Assembly: GCA_964012805.1 (NCBI GenBank)
Contig: CAXGUD010000046.1
Coordinates: 1-27,580 of the forward strand
Reading direction: 5' to 3'
Origin: an uncultured Bacteriovoracaceae bacterium
GTDB taxonomy: Bacteria; Bdellovibrionota; Bacteriovoracia; Bacteriovoracales; Bacteriovoracaceae
Length of the DNA stretch: 27,580 nucleotides
The notes under the pieces were generated by a model. That model worked only from the letters and a program-made list of their open reading frames with translations. It had not been told where the DNA came from and ran no database searches. Shown here in pieces: positions 6,960 through 17,011 of the stretch (position 1 is its first letter; each line of letters opens with the position of its first letter). The translations under genes and the position numbers were made by a program.

Positions 6960-9302
6960 TTAACCAAAAACAAAACCAATTTCATTTTCATTTTTGAGGT
7001 GAATTTTTATAGTTCCACCCTTTTCAAGATTCCCAAAAAGGACTTCTTTCGAAAGTGGACGTTTGATTTTTTCATCTATTAGTCGGCTTATTGGCCTAGC
7101 ACCCATTTTCGGATCATATCCATTTTCGGCCAACCATCTTTTGACCTGAGTCTCGACATTTAATTCAATTCCCTTTTGAGATAGCTTTTCTTCAATTTCT
7201 AAAAGAAATTTGTCGACGATCTTTATTATAAATTCAGGAGTTAACTTATTAAAATGTATGACACTATCCAAGCGGTTTCTAAATTCAGGTGAAAAGAAGT
7301 TCTTAATAACCTTATCTCTTTTTGAGCTTAAACCAACGGAGTTTCCATTGTTTAGACCAATGGAGCCCGAATCCATATCCTTTGCTCCCGCATTGGTTGT
7401 CATAATCAAAATAACATTTCTGAAGTCTGTTGAGCGGCCCTGAGAATCTGTCAAGATTCCTCTGTCCATGACCTGAAGTAAAATATTAAATAGATCTGGA
7501 TGAGCCTTTTCAATTTCATCAAGAAGAAGGACGCAGTGTGGACTCCTATGAATTGTGTCGGTAAGGAGCCCACCCCGGTCATAACCGACATAACCTGGAG
7601 GAGCTCCGATAAGTTTTGCAACAGAATGCTTCTCCATATATTCAGACATATCAAAGCATTCAAAATGAATTCCCAAACTAAGAGCTAATTGTTTAGAAAG
7701 CTCAGTCTTCCCAACCCCAGTAGGTCCTGCAAAAAGAAAGCTTCCCATTGGTTTTTCATTACTTCCAAGGCCCGATCTCGACATCAAAATTGAGTCAGAT
7801 ATGGAGTCTATTGCTTCATTTTGCCCATATATAAGTAATTTAAGACTTGCATTAAGTCTTTTTAATTTGTTTTTATCATCGCCAGCAACTGATTGCTTTG
7901 GAACCCTTGCTAAAGCAGAAATTGTATTTTCAACGTCATTAATAGTTATATTGACCCTTTTTCTCTTTTTATCTAGAAGCTGAATCGCTGCCCCTGCTTC
8001 ATCGATGACATCAATGGCTTTATCTGGCAATTTTCTGTCTGAAATAAATTTTTCAGATAAGTCTACTGCTGATTTTAAAACAGTATTTGAATACTTCACG
8101 CCATGGTGGTCTTCAAATTTATTTTTTAGCCCCTGGAGAATCTTGAGCGTTTCTTCATTGCTTGGCTCTTTAATATCAACTTTTTGAAACCTTCTGGTGA
8201 AAGCATGATCCTTTTCCACAAACTTCCTATACTCATCAAAAGTTGTACTTCCCATGCATCTTAAATCACCCGAGTTTAAAGCTGGCTTAAGAAGGTTCGA
8301 AGCATCCATACTTCCACTACCAGTAGAACCCGCTCCCATGACGGTATGAATTTCATCAATAAAAAGAAGTGTATCTTCATTGTTTTCTTTATTTTTTTTC
8401 CTTAAGCCATCAACAACACCTTTTACCCTCTCTTCAAAGTCACCTCTAAATTTTGCTCCAGCAAGTAAAGCTCCCATATCTAAAGAATAAATCACTGTAT
8501 TCTTTAAAGCATCTGGTACCTTCCCCTCAATAATTGACCAAGCTAAACCTTCTGCAATAGCTGTTTTCCCAACCCCTGCTTCACCAACCAAAATAGGGTT
8601 ATTTTTTCTTCGCCTACATAAAATTTGTGAAATTCTATGCATTTCCTCTTTTCTTCCAATAATTGGGTCAATTCTATTTTTTTTCGCCAACTCATTTAGA
8701 TTGAAAGTAAATTTATCTAAAAAACTACCATCTTTTGGACTTAAACCCGCTTCTCCTTCTTCAACCTTTTCCTTAATTCCTTCATTAACTGGTCCGTCCG
8801 CTCCATGAGCAATATATTTAACAACAGAGAATCTCGTCACACCCTGCTTTTCTACCGTGTAAAGGGCAAAACTTTCCTTTTCTTGGAAAAGAGAAACCAA
8901 CACATTAATTGCCTTAATGCTATCTTTTTGTGATGACTGAACATGAATCGCTGCTCTTTGAAAGACTCTATGAATAGATAAACTTATTTCAGGTTGATAT
9001 TTAATTCCTTTTCGCTTCGCCAATTCTTTTAATTCTTCTGAGTTGAATTGTTTTTCGGCAAGTTCCTGAATTTGGGTTTCACTCAAAATACTAAAGTTTT
9101 CATTATTCGATAAAAACTCTTCTAAATCTCTTTGAATATCTTCGACCTTACCTCCACAACTCTCAATAGTTTCTCTTACGTAAGAGTCATCCAAGAGAGA
9201 TAACAGTAACATTTCTAAGTTTAGATATTCATGTTTAAGGTCATTTGCTTTTTTAATCGCGTGATTAAAGATTTCTTCTAGTTTTTGACTCATCATTGGC
9301 AT
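6960..9302 (-). CDS. clpA: ATP-dependent Clp protease ATP-binding subunit ClpA
   Basis: Two AAA modules (GEAGVGKT, GPTGVGKT), LIGAPPGYVG, IGL ClpP-docking loop, no M-domain; downstream of clpS. Confidence 0.97.
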   Translation of the reverse strand: MPMMSQKLEEIFNHAIKKANDLKHEYLNLEMLLLSLLDDSYVRETIESCGGKVEDIQRDLEEFLSNNENFSILSETQIQELAEKQFNSEELKELAKRKGIKYQPEISLSIHRVFQRAAIHVQSSQKDSIKAINVLVSLFQEKESFALYTVEKQGVTRFSVVKYIAHGADGPVNEGIKEKVEEGEAGLSPKDGSFLDKFTFNLNELAKKNRIDPIIGRKEEMHRISQILCRRRKNNPILVGEAGVGKTAIAEGLAWSIIEGKVPDALKNTVIYSLDMGALLAGAKFRGDFEERVKGVVDGLRKKNKENNEDTLLFIDEIHTVMGAGSTGSGSMDASNLLKPALNSGDLRCMGSTTFDEYRKFVEKDHAFTRRFQKVDIKEPSNEETLKILQGLKNKFEDHHGVKYSNTVLKSAVDLSEKFISDRKLPDKAIDVIDEAGAAIQLLDKKRKRVNITINDVENTISALARVPKQSVAGDDKNKLKRLNASLKLLIYGQNEAIDSISDSILMSRSGLGSNEKPMGSFLFAGPTGVGKTELSKQLALSLGIHFECFDMSEYMEKHSVAKLIGAPPGYVGYDRGGLLTDTIHRSPHCVLLLDEIEKAHPDLFNILLQVMDRGILTDSQGRSTDFRNVILIMTTNAGAKDMDSGSIGLNNGNSVGLSSKRDKVIKNFFSPEFRNRLDSVIHFNKLTPEFIIKIVDKFLLEIEEKLSQKGIELNVETQVKRWLAENGYDPKMGARPISRLIDEKIKRPLSKEVLFGNLEKGGTIKIHLKNENEIGFVFG

Positions 9303-9703
9303 TATTCCGGTTCAAAAGTGCATCTTAGGGGATGACCATTTTTTTTAGACATTTGGTGAACTTTAGCTGTTTTGGACTCAGCTATTTCGTGAGTATAAAC
9401 CCCACAAACACCAACACCACTGTGGTGAACTTTAAGCATAATCTCTTGAGCTTCCTCTAGAGTTTTAGAAAAGCAACTTTGAAGAACGTAGATGACAAAT
9501 TCCATTGTTGTATAGTCATCATTATGGAGGAGGACCTTGAAAAGCTTCGGCTTTTTAGGTTGAAGCTTTACAGGGTTTTTCGTAAGAACGTCTCCTTGTC
9601 CTTCCCCGTCATTTTCCTGTTCCATTTTTATTACAGAAAAATTGACCTCCTGTCCAAATTCAACATTTTTTTCTCGAAATAAGTCCCTTAAAGAGTAAAT
9701 CAT
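9302..9703 (-). CDS. clpS: Clp protease adaptor ClpS
   Basis: KVLLHNDDYTTMEFV, VHHSGVGVCG, HPLRC; stop overlaps the clpA start by 1 nt. The true start may be the later Met (MEQEND). Confidence 0.97.
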   Translation of the reverse strand: MIYSLRDLFREKNVEFGQEVNFSVIKMEQENDGEGQGDVLTKNPVKLQPKKPKLFKVLLHNDDYTTMEFVIYVLQSCFSKTLEEAQEIMLKVHHSGVGVCGVYTHEIAESKTAKVHQMSKKNGHPLRCTFEPE

Positions 9704-9823
9704 AAATAACCTTTCATTTAATAAGTGACTAACCCCTCTTTATCTATAATATTATCTTTACCAAATTCTGAAAAGCTTTCGAAGCTTCAAAAACTTTAAC
9801 TCCTTATAATTAATGAGGTAATT

Positions 9824-10339
9824 ATGGCATTCTGGGATATTTTTAAAACAAAAAAGGCTAATTCAGAGGATTTAAGCACCATTCATCTTAAAATTAAGAA
9901 GCTTTTGCCAAACGAAAATGAAGACAAATTAATCAAAACTGCTTGTATTTCTGGACTCTTAGCGAGGGTTGCTACAATTGACTATGAAGTTCATAAAAAT
10001 GAAATGGAGCAAATGATCCATTCTCTGACAAAATGGGGCGAACTTACCAAACCAGAGGCAGAAAATGTTGTCAAAATTGCTCTAGAAGAAATTAATGACC
10101 TCGCAGGACTCGAAAACCACAAATATTGCCACCCCTTAAACGAAATCATGAAACCAGAGGATCGATATTCTATTTTGAAGGCCCTCTTTTCAATAGCCGC
10201 TAGCGATGGATCGGTTGATGAAAGTGAGTCAGAAGAAATAAGAGTTATTTGTATGAGCTTGAGGTTACAGCACAAAGATTTTATATCAGCAAGGGCCAGT
10301 GTTTTGGATAATTTAAGGGCCCTTAGAAAAGACCCTTAA
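9824..10339 (+). CDS. TerB family protein
   Basis: LLARVATIDYEVHKNE and LFSIAASDGSVDESE repeated helical motifs; SD GAGGT. Confidence 0.85.
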   Translation: MAFWDIFKTKKANSEDLSTIHLKIKKLLPNENEDKLIKTACISGLLARVATIDYEVHKNEMEQMIHSLTKWGELTKPEAENVVKIALEEINDLAGLENHKYCHPLNEIMKPEDRYSILKALFSIAASDGSVDESESEEIRVICMSLRLQHKDFISARASVLDNLRALRKDP

Positions 10340-10349
10340 ATCTCATTTT

Positions 10350-10742
10350 TTAGCTTGCTTTTTCCCAACCTTCCTTCAAAGGAAAGTGATCTTCTTCATA
10401 ATCGGTCCAAGCATTATCTGGATCTAATATCACCGGTTTATTATTCTTACGGTGCAGCTTATTTTTCATTTTCTCTTTCTTTTTTATTAGCTGACTCTCA
10501 AGCTTATAAATCGCCTTGTCCAATGATTTGTACAGACTATCTGATTTACCACTAGCGTGATAATCAAAAGTGGGGCCAATCAACTCAACATCTGCATAGT
10601 GTTGCTGATTTTTCACGTAGCAGGTCCATTTAACCTGACATTTTCCATCCAAATACTTTTCAATTTTTTGTGACTTTTCCCTTATTCTATCATCAAGAGC
10701 TGGAGTGTGTTGCAGGTGTTTAAAAGAGATCTTTACTTTCAT
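10350..10742 (-). CDS. hpf: Ribosome hibernation factor (HPF/RaiA)
   Basis: ISFKHLQHTPALD, SLYKSLDKAIYKLESQL; directly downstream of rpoN. Confidence 0.92.
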   Translation of the reverse strand: MKVKISFKHLQHTPALDDRIREKSQKIEKYLDGKCQVKWTCYVKNQQHYADVELIGPTFDYHASGKSDSLYKSLDKAIYKLESQLIKKKEKMKNKLHRKNNKPVILDPDNAWTDYEEDHFPLKEGWEKAS

Positions 10743-10797
10743 TCGTTCGACTCCCTATTAAATTGTTAATAAAACAAGATAAAGTTTACCTTTCTCT

Positions 10798-12288
10798 TTA
10801 TTTTATTTTCCTTTTAGATGAAGATGGATAGCCCATCACTTCTCTATATTTTGCTACAGTTCTTCTCGCTATTTTTATATTTTCTCTTGAGAGTAATTCA
10901 CCAATTTTTTGGTCAGAAAGAGGTCTCTTGGGATTTTCATTTTCCAAAAGGTTTTTTATTTTGATCTTTAAAACTTCGCTAGATATTTCCTCCCCCCCTG
11001 TCTTTCCACCTCCAAGGCCTGCATTGAAGAAAAACTTGAGTTCAAAAACACCAATGGGAGAATGAAGATATTTATTTGTTGTAACACGGGAAACCGTCGA
11101 CTCATGCATTCCAATTTCCTCAGCAATATTCCTAAGCACCATAGGTTTTAAATATTTAGGTCCTTTCCTAAAAAAATCTTGTTGTTTCCGCACAATCGCC
11201 TTAGCAACTTTAATAATTGTATTCTGCCTAGTTTGGATTGATTTTATCAACCAAAGAGCCGACTTAAGCTTTTCCTGAACATATTCTTTTGCCTCTTCAC
11301 TTCCCTTTAAATCACTACTATTTTGGGAAGATTGAAGCATCTCTTTGTAGTGCTTTGAAATACGAAGTCGAGGAATCCCTTCATCATTTACAACCACAGA
11401 AAACTCTCCACCAATCTCTTTAACGAAAATATCAGGTATTACGTATTGAGTATCGGTTGAAGAAACCAATCTACCAGGTTTAGGGTGGAACCTTTTAAGG
11501 ACCTGTCTCATTTCTGATATGAACTCTTCTGAAACCCCAGCTTCTTTTGCTATTTTTTGATAATTTTTATTTTGTAGATCGACTAAATGATCCTTAATGA
11601 TTTTTTCCAAAAGAGGAGTTCTTTCCTCCATAATAACTGCTTGAGCCAACAAGCAATCTTTTAAGTCCCTGGCTCCACAACCATTTGGGTCAAACCTTTG
11701 AATCATTCTAAGGACTTCTAAAGCTGTTTCTTCGCTGCATGAAACTTGGCAAACAATTTCGTCAAAAGGGATTGAAAGGTACCCATCATCATTAATATTT
11801 CCAATGATAAGTGATGCCAACTCAAACTCTTCTTCACTTAAAACTTCCATCCTTAATTGCAGCATAAGGTGGTCAGCTAAATCTCTCGAACCGGATACAA
11901 AATTTTCATAATTTGGTCCCTCTTCACCATCAAAGCTTCCAACACTTGAGCCAATTTCTCCCTTAGAGTTGTCAAAAGAATCGACGTACTTGCTCCAATC
12001 AAAATGATCTTCTTGAGTTGCCATAATCGGTTTTTCATCAAAATCTTCAGACTTTGTTTCGCGGTTCTGGTTCTCCATATTTGAAGCTATATACTCTGAA
12101 TTATCTGTTTCGTTTTGAGAGTTTCCGGAGTTATATTCTTCTAGTAAAGGGTTTTCAACCATCTCTTCAGAGATCGCATTTTGCATTTCCATATGGCTCA
12201 AAGTGAGAAGCTTAATAGCATGCTGAAGCTGCGGGGTCATCATAAGACCCTGAGATTGCTTCAAACTTTGGTTTATCTTTATTGCCAT
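10798..12288 (-). CDS. rpoN: RNA polymerase sigma-54 factor
   Basis: MTPQLQHAIKLL region I, HESTVSRVT, RpoN box ARRTVAKYRE. Confidence 0.98.
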   Translation of the reverse strand: MAIKINQSLKQSQGLMMTPQLQHAIKLLTLSHMEMQNAISEEMVENPLLEEYNSGNSQNETDNSEYIASNMENQNRETKSEDFDEKPIMATQEDHFDWSKYVDSFDNSKGEIGSSVGSFDGEEGPNYENFVSGSRDLADHLMLQLRMEVLSEEEFELASLIIGNINDDGYLSIPFDEIVCQVSCSEETALEVLRMIQRFDPNGCGARDLKDCLLAQAVIMEERTPLLEKIIKDHLVDLQNKNYQKIAKEAGVSEEFISEMRQVLKRFHPKPGRLVSSTDTQYVIPDIFVKEIGGEFSVVVNDEGIPRLRISKHYKEMLQSSQNSSDLKGSEEAKEYVQEKLKSALWLIKSIQTRQNTIIKVAKAIVRKQQDFFRKGPKYLKPMVLRNIAEEIGMHESTVSRVTTNKYLHSPIGVFELKFFFNAGLGGGKTGGEEISSEVLKIKIKNLLENENPKRPLSDQKIGELLSRENIKIARRTVAKYREVMGYPSSSKRKIK

Positions 12289-12328
12289 CTTTCAAAATAT
12301 CCTTTTCTCTTTAACTTCGAAGTAAAGT

Positions 12329-13069
12329 CTACATTTTAAATTCATCACCCAAATAAAATTTTCTAGCTATATCACTTTCAATTATTTCATTTGGTCTTCC
12401 ATCTAATAAAATTTCGCCATTATTTAAAAGATAAGCTCTATCAACGATTCCAAGTGTTTCTCTTACATTATGGTCCGTAATCAAAATACCTATATTTTTT
12501 TTCTTTAATCCTCTAATTATATTTTGGATTTCACTTACAGCTAGAGGATCAACACCTGCAAAAGGTTCATCCAGCAAAATAAATTTTGGTTTCAAAGCCA
12601 AAACTCTTGCAATCTCAACCCTTCTTCTTTCTCCCCCAGATAAAGTCCTTCCTTTTTCTTTTCTCACATGGTCCAAGCTAAACTCTTGAATGAGGTCTTC
12701 CATCAAGAGCTTTTTTTTAGACCTTGAAATATTCATCAACTCTAAAACTGAGTAAATATTAGCTTCAACTGAGAGCTCTCTAAAAATTGAAGCTTCTTGT
12801 GGTAAATAACCTATTCCCTTTGTGGCCCTTTTGTGAATTGGCTGCTCAGTAATATTTTCTTGACCTAAAAATATGGTTCCATCATCAGTCTTAACTAAAC
12901 CAACCATCATATAAAAACAGGTTGTTTTGCCAGCTCCGTTAGGTCCAAGCAATCCTACAACCTCACCTTCTTCTAACGAAACGCCAACCCCATTAACAAC
13001 AGTTCTTCCACCGTAGGTCTTTTTTAATCTGGATGACTTTAAACAAATTTTCGACATATCTTCAAACAC
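12329..13069 (-). CDS. lptB: LPS export ABC transporter ATPase
   Basis: GPNGAGKTT, GYLPQEASIFR, LSGGERRRVEIAR, ITDHNVRETL, YLG..F; upstream of rpoN. Confidence 0.97.
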   Translation of the reverse strand: MFEDMSKICLKSSRLKKTYGGRTVVNGVGVSLEEGEVVGLLGPNGAGKTTCFYMMVGLVKTDDGTIFLGQENITEQPIHKRATKGIGYLPQEASIFRELSVEANIYSVLELMNISRSKKKLLMEDLIQEFSLDHVRKEKGRTLSGGERRRVEIARVLALKPKFILLDEPFAGVDPLAVSEIQNIIRGLKKKNIGILITDHNVRETLGIVDRAYLLNNGEILLDGRPNEIIESDIARKFYLGDEFKM

Positions 13070-13093
13070 TACCTTTACAATTTATATATTTTT

Positions 13094-14086
13094 TTATTTT
13101 AATTTCAAATTTGAATTAGCATCTATAATCTCAAGGACCTCATTATTCCACCTTAAAATAATCTTATTTCCAATAATTGCATCCTGACCCTGCAGTACTT
13201 TGGGATATCCAGTTAAAACAATCAGTGAATTTTTTGGATATCCCTCTAATTTCTCCGAAAAAGCCTTTCTAATAACTTTCTTACCCTTCATTTTCAAAAC
13301 TTCTCTGACCTTTACATCATCATGTAAAACAAAATAATTAAGGTCCTTGTTGTAGTTTTCTAAAAAAATATCACCGCGTTGGGCTTTCCCCTCAAAGTTT
13401 CTATATTTCAAAGAAACCTTACCATTAAGTTTCGCTAAATTTTTTCTTGAAAAAAAGGTTAACTTATTAGATTTGAAGGACAAACTGTCTTCATAAATCC
13501 TCTTTCTTTTTACCTTACCTGCCACATTACCAAGGTATAGGTGTATATTTTCTTTATTTTTAAAATAAGAAACAAATTTGTTCGCATTTATAAAAACTCT
13601 ATCTCCTGTTTTCCTAGCGTATGTTCTCGTCTTAACTTTAGTGGTAGCTTCAAATCTCATCGAATCAAACGAATACTTTAACCTCTCAGAATTAAGTCTC
13701 GTATTTTTTGATTTAACAAGGACTGAATCTTCTAAGAAAAGAACATTTTCTTTTTCATTAAGAAAACCAGATTCTGCTTTATATGATACTTTGCTTCCTT
13801 GCTTTTGAAAGATCTTACCTTTGGGCTTTAAAAACTTAATAAATAAGCCATAATCTAATTCTATAAACTCAGCTTCAAGCAAGAAAGGACGTTGTCCTTG
13901 ATGTTGGTAATAGATCGAGTTGCGGAAAAAACTTTTCTCAACAGATTCCCTTCTCGACACACTTGTTTGAGTCATCATGGACGGGCTTACCCTCGGATTA
14001 TTAATGACTCCCGTCATTGTAATACCTAAAAGCGTTAAAACAAAGCCAATTACAATTAATTTATTCTTTAAATCCATCATGCTCAA
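13094..14086 (-). CDS. lptC: LPS transport periplasmic protein, LptC-like with LptA/OstA-like C-terminal part
   Basis: Single N-terminal TM, beta-jellyroll-like strands, C-terminal LIVLTGYPKVLQGQDAIIGNKI resembling LptA; occupies the lptC-lptA position. Confidence 0.75.
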   Translation of the reverse strand: MSMMDLKNKLIVIGFVLTLLGITMTGVINNPRVSPSMMTQTSVSRRESVEKSFFRNSIYYQHQGQRPFLLEAEFIELDYGLFIKFLKPKGKIFQKQGSKVSYKAESGFLNEKENVLFLEDSVLVKSKNTRLNSERLKYSFDSMRFEATTKVKTRTYARKTGDRVFINANKFVSYFKNKENIHLYLGNVAGKVKRKRIYEDSLSFKSNKLTFFSRKNLAKLNGKVSLKYRNFEGKAQRGDIFLENYNKDLNYFVLHDDVKVREVLKMKGKKVIRKAFSEKLEGYPKNSLIVLTGYPKVLQGQDAIIGNKIILRWNNEVLEIIDANSNLKLK

Positions 14087-14274
14087 TTAAATACCTTGCA
14101 TTACATGCAGACCAGCAACAGATCCATTTTATAAAGCTTACTTTACTTATAAAATTTATTTATGTTAGTGTCTTCTACCAATATTTGAAAATCAATACAT
14201 ATTATTTTCTGAGGCCCTTCCACCGGTCCTTTAAAGAGGTAAGAAAATCGATTTTTGTAAAAAGGAAGGCTGTC

Positions 14275-16959
14275 TTGTCCTCTTTAAAAGTGCTCCAAAA
14301 CATTCTCAATAATGGCGGCAAATTGACCCCCATGATGGATCAATACTTCAGTATTAAGAAAAACTATCCTGAAACTCTGCTTTTTTTTAGAATGGGGGAC
14401 TTTTACGAGCTTTTCTTTGATGATGCAGAAAAAGCATCAAAATTACTCAACATAACACTTACCCAACGTGGCAAGATAGGTGATGTCAAAATTCCAATGG
14501 CCGGTATACCTCATCATGCAGCAAGTGCTTATATCGATCGAATAACTGGGCAAGGTCTGAGAGTTGCCATATGTGAACAAACCCAAGATGCAAAAGATGC
14601 CGTGGGCATTGTAAAGAGGGCCGTCACCCAGGTTGCCACACCAGCAATACCTTATGACTTCGATAAAGCCTTAGGAAGAGAGAATCACTTCATTTCTTCT
14701 GCTGCTCAAATTGGAAACCGTTTTTTTCTGGCTTCCATTGACTTTACTAGTGGATCTTTCTTGGGCTCTATTTTTAATACGTTTGAGGAGCTTTTTGAAA
14801 AGGTCCAAAAAATATCTCCTAAAGAGTTTCTTTCTTCAATGGGTCAATGGGATCACTTCCCAATTTTAGATGAATATTTAGGCGCACAGGGAATTCTAAA
14901 AACCCATCTAAGCGAGGAATACTTTTTTCAAAAAAATACAGCGGTATACATTGAAAAACTTATTCCTAGCTTTAAAAATGATAAAACTTTAAACCGAGAG
15001 AAGGAGATCTTTTCTCCTTTAGGTGCTTTATCATACTACGTCTCCTCAACTCAAAATCAGGACCAGTTTATCCACCTCCACCCTTTTCGGCTTGATAGTG
15101 ACAGAGAAACTTTAAGGATGACCCTTGCGACTCTTCAGGGACTAGAAATTTTTCCAAAATCCAGGGACAACTATAAAGAATCTCTCTTAGGCTTTTTTGA
15201 TAAAACAAAAACTGCACTTGGTTCAAGGTATCTTAAGCACCTCTTTTTAAATCCTTTAACTGATCCTACTTTGATTAGAAATAGGCAAAAAATTATTTCT
15301 GAATTTATTAATGCACCTGACCTACTAGAATTTGTTAGAGAAGAGTTAAGCCCTGTTAGAGACCTTGAAAGAATCCTGGCAAAAGTTTCTACAAAGAAAG
15401 TTACTCCTAGTGATCTCATTAATATATCAAGAAGCATTACAACATATAAAAAACTCAAATTGAAATTAAAATCCTTTCCTAAAAAACTTTTAAAAACAAT
15501 TAATAGTAAAGACTTAGAGAAGCTTCAAAGTTTAGCTGAATCAATTGAAAAAGCCATCAATGATGAAATTGGGGCTTCATTAGATAAAGGAAACCTCATT
15601 AAAAGCGGTTTCAACAAAGAAAGAGATAAACTAGCTAAGCTTGCAAATAATTCAACTGATGAGTTATTGGCCCTTGAAAATAAGTATAGAAAAAAAACCG
15701 GCATTCTAAAACTTAAGTTAAAAACAAACAATATTGCAGGATACTTTATTGAAGTGTCTAAAAGTCATATAAATAAAGTACCAAAGAGTTTTCAAAGGAG
15801 ACAAACACTCGTCAACTCCGAAAGGTATACAACTGAGGAACTCATTGACTTTGAAAGAGGAATGATTACAGCGAAAGAGAAGCTCGAAAGGTTAGAAAAA
15901 ACTATTTTCAACGACCTCATTTGTGAACTATCCAATCAATCAAAATGCATTTTAAACTTAGCCAATTGTATAAGTGAACTTGATGTTTTTCAAAGTTTTG
16001 CCTGGAGTGCTCTTCAGGAAGGTTTTAGCTGTCCTCTTATTGAAGACAAAAAAATCTTAAAGATAAAAAATGGATGGCACCCGCTTATTAAAGCCCAACT
16101 CAAAGACGAATTTGTTTGCCATGATTTAAACCTTGATAAAAGCTCCTACTTTGGATTGATCACAGGTCCGAATATGGCAGGAAAAACGACTGTAATGAGA
16201 GAAGCTGCTATTATCCAGCATTTAACTCAGGTTGGAAGTTTTGTACCAGCAGAAAGTGCAGTCCTAGGTATTTGCGATACAATTTTTAGCCGCCTTGGAG
16301 CCAATGATAATATTCTAAAAGGACAATCTACTTTTATGGTAGAAATGTCAGAAACATCAGAAATTATACGCCACGCGACTGACAGGTCTCTCATCATTTT
16401 AGATGAAATTGGTCGCGGAACATCTACCTATGATGGTTTAAGTATTGCCTGGGCACTTGTTGAACACTTTTTAAAAAAAACAAAAGCCCTGACACTTTTT
16501 GCGACCCACTATCACGAACTTATTGATGTCGTTGAAAACCTAAAAGGTGGAAAAAACCTGACTGTAGAAACACTTAATCTTGATGGTGAAGTCCAGTTTC
16601 TTTACAAACTCATAGATGGCGGCGCTGCTCAAAGCTATGGAATTTATGTAGCAAAATTAGCTGGCCTACCTAAACAAGTACTTGAAAGATCTTCAGAACT
16701 TCTAGAAACATTTGAAAGTCATCAAGAAGTAAAAGCTCCTGAAGAGAAACCTCAAAAGTTAAAAATTGAAAAAGGCGTTGCTCCGAAACCAGGAACTCAG
16801 CTTTGCTTTTTCAACGATGAACAGGCCAATGAGGTTAAATTACCTAAACACCTTTCAAAAATTGAAGAGGAAATAAAGAAGCTTGATATCCTAACACTTA
16901 CTCCCCTAGATGCCTTCCAAAAGCTTCACAAATTAAAATCGTTTATGACTCTCCATTAA
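14275..16959 (+). CDS. mutS: DNA mismatch repair protein MutS
   Basis: TPMMDQY, FRMGDFYELF, TGPNMAGKT, STFMVEM, DEIGRGTST, FATHYHEL, C-terminal clamp motif QLCFF. Start placed at TTG 14275 (SD AGGAAGG); the ORF is open from 14185. Confidence 0.97.
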   Translation: MSSLKVLQNILNNGGKLTPMMDQYFSIKKNYPETLLFFRMGDFYELFFDDAEKASKLLNITLTQRGKIGDVKIPMAGIPHHAASAYIDRITGQGLRVAICEQTQDAKDAVGIVKRAVTQVATPAIPYDFDKALGRENHFISSAAQIGNRFFLASIDFTSGSFLGSIFNTFEELFEKVQKISPKEFLSSMGQWDHFPILDEYLGAQGILKTHLSEEYFFQKNTAVYIEKLIPSFKNDKTLNREKEIFSPLGALSYYVSSTQNQDQFIHLHPFRLDSDRETLRMTLATLQGLEIFPKSRDNYKESLLGFFDKTKTALGSRYLKHLFLNPLTDPTLIRNRQKIISEFINAPDLLEFVREELSPVRDLERILAKVSTKKVTPSDLINISRSITTYKKLKLKLKSFPKKLLKTINSKDLEKLQSLAESIEKAINDEIGASLDKGNLIKSGFNKERDKLAKLANNSTDELLALENKYRKKTGILKLKLKTNNIAGYFIEVSKSHINKVPKSFQRRQTLVNSERYTTEELIDFERGMITAKEKLERLEKTIFNDLICELSNQSKCILNLANCISELDVFQSFAWSALQEGFSCPLIEDKKILKIKNGWHPLIKAQLKDEFVCHDLNLDKSSYFGLITGPNMAGKTTVMREAAIIQHLTQVGSFVPAESAVLGICDTIFSRLGANDNILKGQSTFMVEMSETSEIIRHATDRSLIILDEIGRGTSTYDGLSIAWALVEHFLKKTKALTLFATHYHELIDVVENLKGGKNLTVETLNLDGEVQFLYKLIDGGAAQSYGIYVAKLAGLPKQVLERSSELLETFESHQEVKAPEEKPQKLKIEKGVAPKPGTQLCFFNDEQANEVKLPKHLSKIEEEIKKLDILTLTPLDAFQKLHKLKSFMTLH

Positions 16960-16975
16960 AAGTTGTTCTTTTCAA

Positions 16976-17003
16976 TCAAGTTTCCAAAACTTAATTCCGA
17001 AAA
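16976..17003 (+). promoter_or_regulatory. sigma28-like promoter for the RDD gene, probably leaderless
   Basis: TCAAG-N15-TCCGAAAA, then 8 nt to ATG; no SD. Confidence 0.55.
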
Positions 17004-17011
17004 ATTAGTTT

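Noticed and set aside
9769..9790. AAGCTT-N3-AAGCTT imperfect palindrome between clpS and the TerB gene
   Set aside because: Short, not a CIRCE or CtsR match, and plausible by chance.
14087..14184. sigma54 promoter for the lpt-rpoN operon
   Set aside because: The GG/GC pairs do not have the required 10-nt spacing.
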